A DNA stretch of 20,292 nt, filler included, from Phyllosticta citribraziliensis (Eukaryota), in NCBI RefSeq assembly GCF_038025025.1. It is 3 parts of 3 records of this genome, joined end to end, with 100 filler letters (N's around TTAATTAATTAA, not from the genome) between each part and the next. Parts side by side here need not be neighbours in the genome. Positions count along the whole stretch, not along the records: positions 17,721 to 20,292 come from NW_027117359.1; 2 more parts are not named here. One strand, written 5' to 3'. The position numbers and the translations under genes are program-made. The stretch's first letter is position 1, and each line of letters opens with the position of its first letter. The notes under the pieces were generated by a model. It was not told where the DNA came from. It saw nothing but the letters and a program-made list of their open reading frames with translations, and did not search any database. This document shows, in pieces, positions 20,031 to 20,292 of this stretch.

Positions 20031-20292
20031 TATTAGTAGTCCTATATAATAATACTAAGCAGTCTCCCATCGCATCATCTTAGCTACAGTTCACCTAGAT
20101 AACTACAGCTTATCCAGACAACAACTTACTACTTTAGTCAAGATACACTTATCTATTAGCTTTATATATCTCAACAAGTTCAGGACTCATCAGCAGTTAG
20201 TACCAGCTACTACTCCCCCTGGCAGTTTCAGCAGTATATAGATAGCTCTCAGAGTAGCCTCAAATAGAGTCTTCAGTTCTCTCATCTTACTT
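20031..20292 (+). repeat. Probable 3' LTR of the Copia element (right end not identified)
   Basis: Starts TATT (RIP-ed TGTT) two bases after the polypurine tract. The partner LTR is not in the window, so this is positional inference. Confidence 0.65.

Larger units (their letters stand above)
13255..20292. other. AT-rich RIP-mutated block (right) made of transposable-element relics
   Basis: Sharp drop in GC and strong TpA excess from about 13255; transposon reading frames riddled with TAA/TAG. Confidence 0.9.

Overview
Filamentous-ascomycete genomic DNA with a bipartite structure. A ~10.9 kb GC-balanced gene island (about 2380-13250) lies between AT-rich blocks heavily mutated by repeat-induced point mutation (RIP). 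The left block has a RIP-destroyed multi-exon gene relic, a perfect internal (TAACCC)21 telomeric tract and a mixed direct/inverted ~100 bp repeat. The island carries a 4-exon PD-(D/E)XK-nuclease-like gene (one GC-AG intron), an orphan coiled-coil ORF, parvulin PIN4 head-to-head with an ALKBH6-like dioxygenase, and an F-box/LRR protein ending in a CAAX box. The right block has a probable hAT transposon 5' end, a Ty3/Gypsy chromovirus pol and a Ty1/Copia pol with its 3' LTR, separated by two artificial 100 bp assembly spacers. The most striking observation is a RIP-ed, intron-containing, Cys-rich (DUF3716-like) gene lying antisense directly behind the Gypsy chromodomain, suggesting a retrotransposon that carries a spliced accessory gene. 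All calls come from manual translation and motif recognition; no searches were run.
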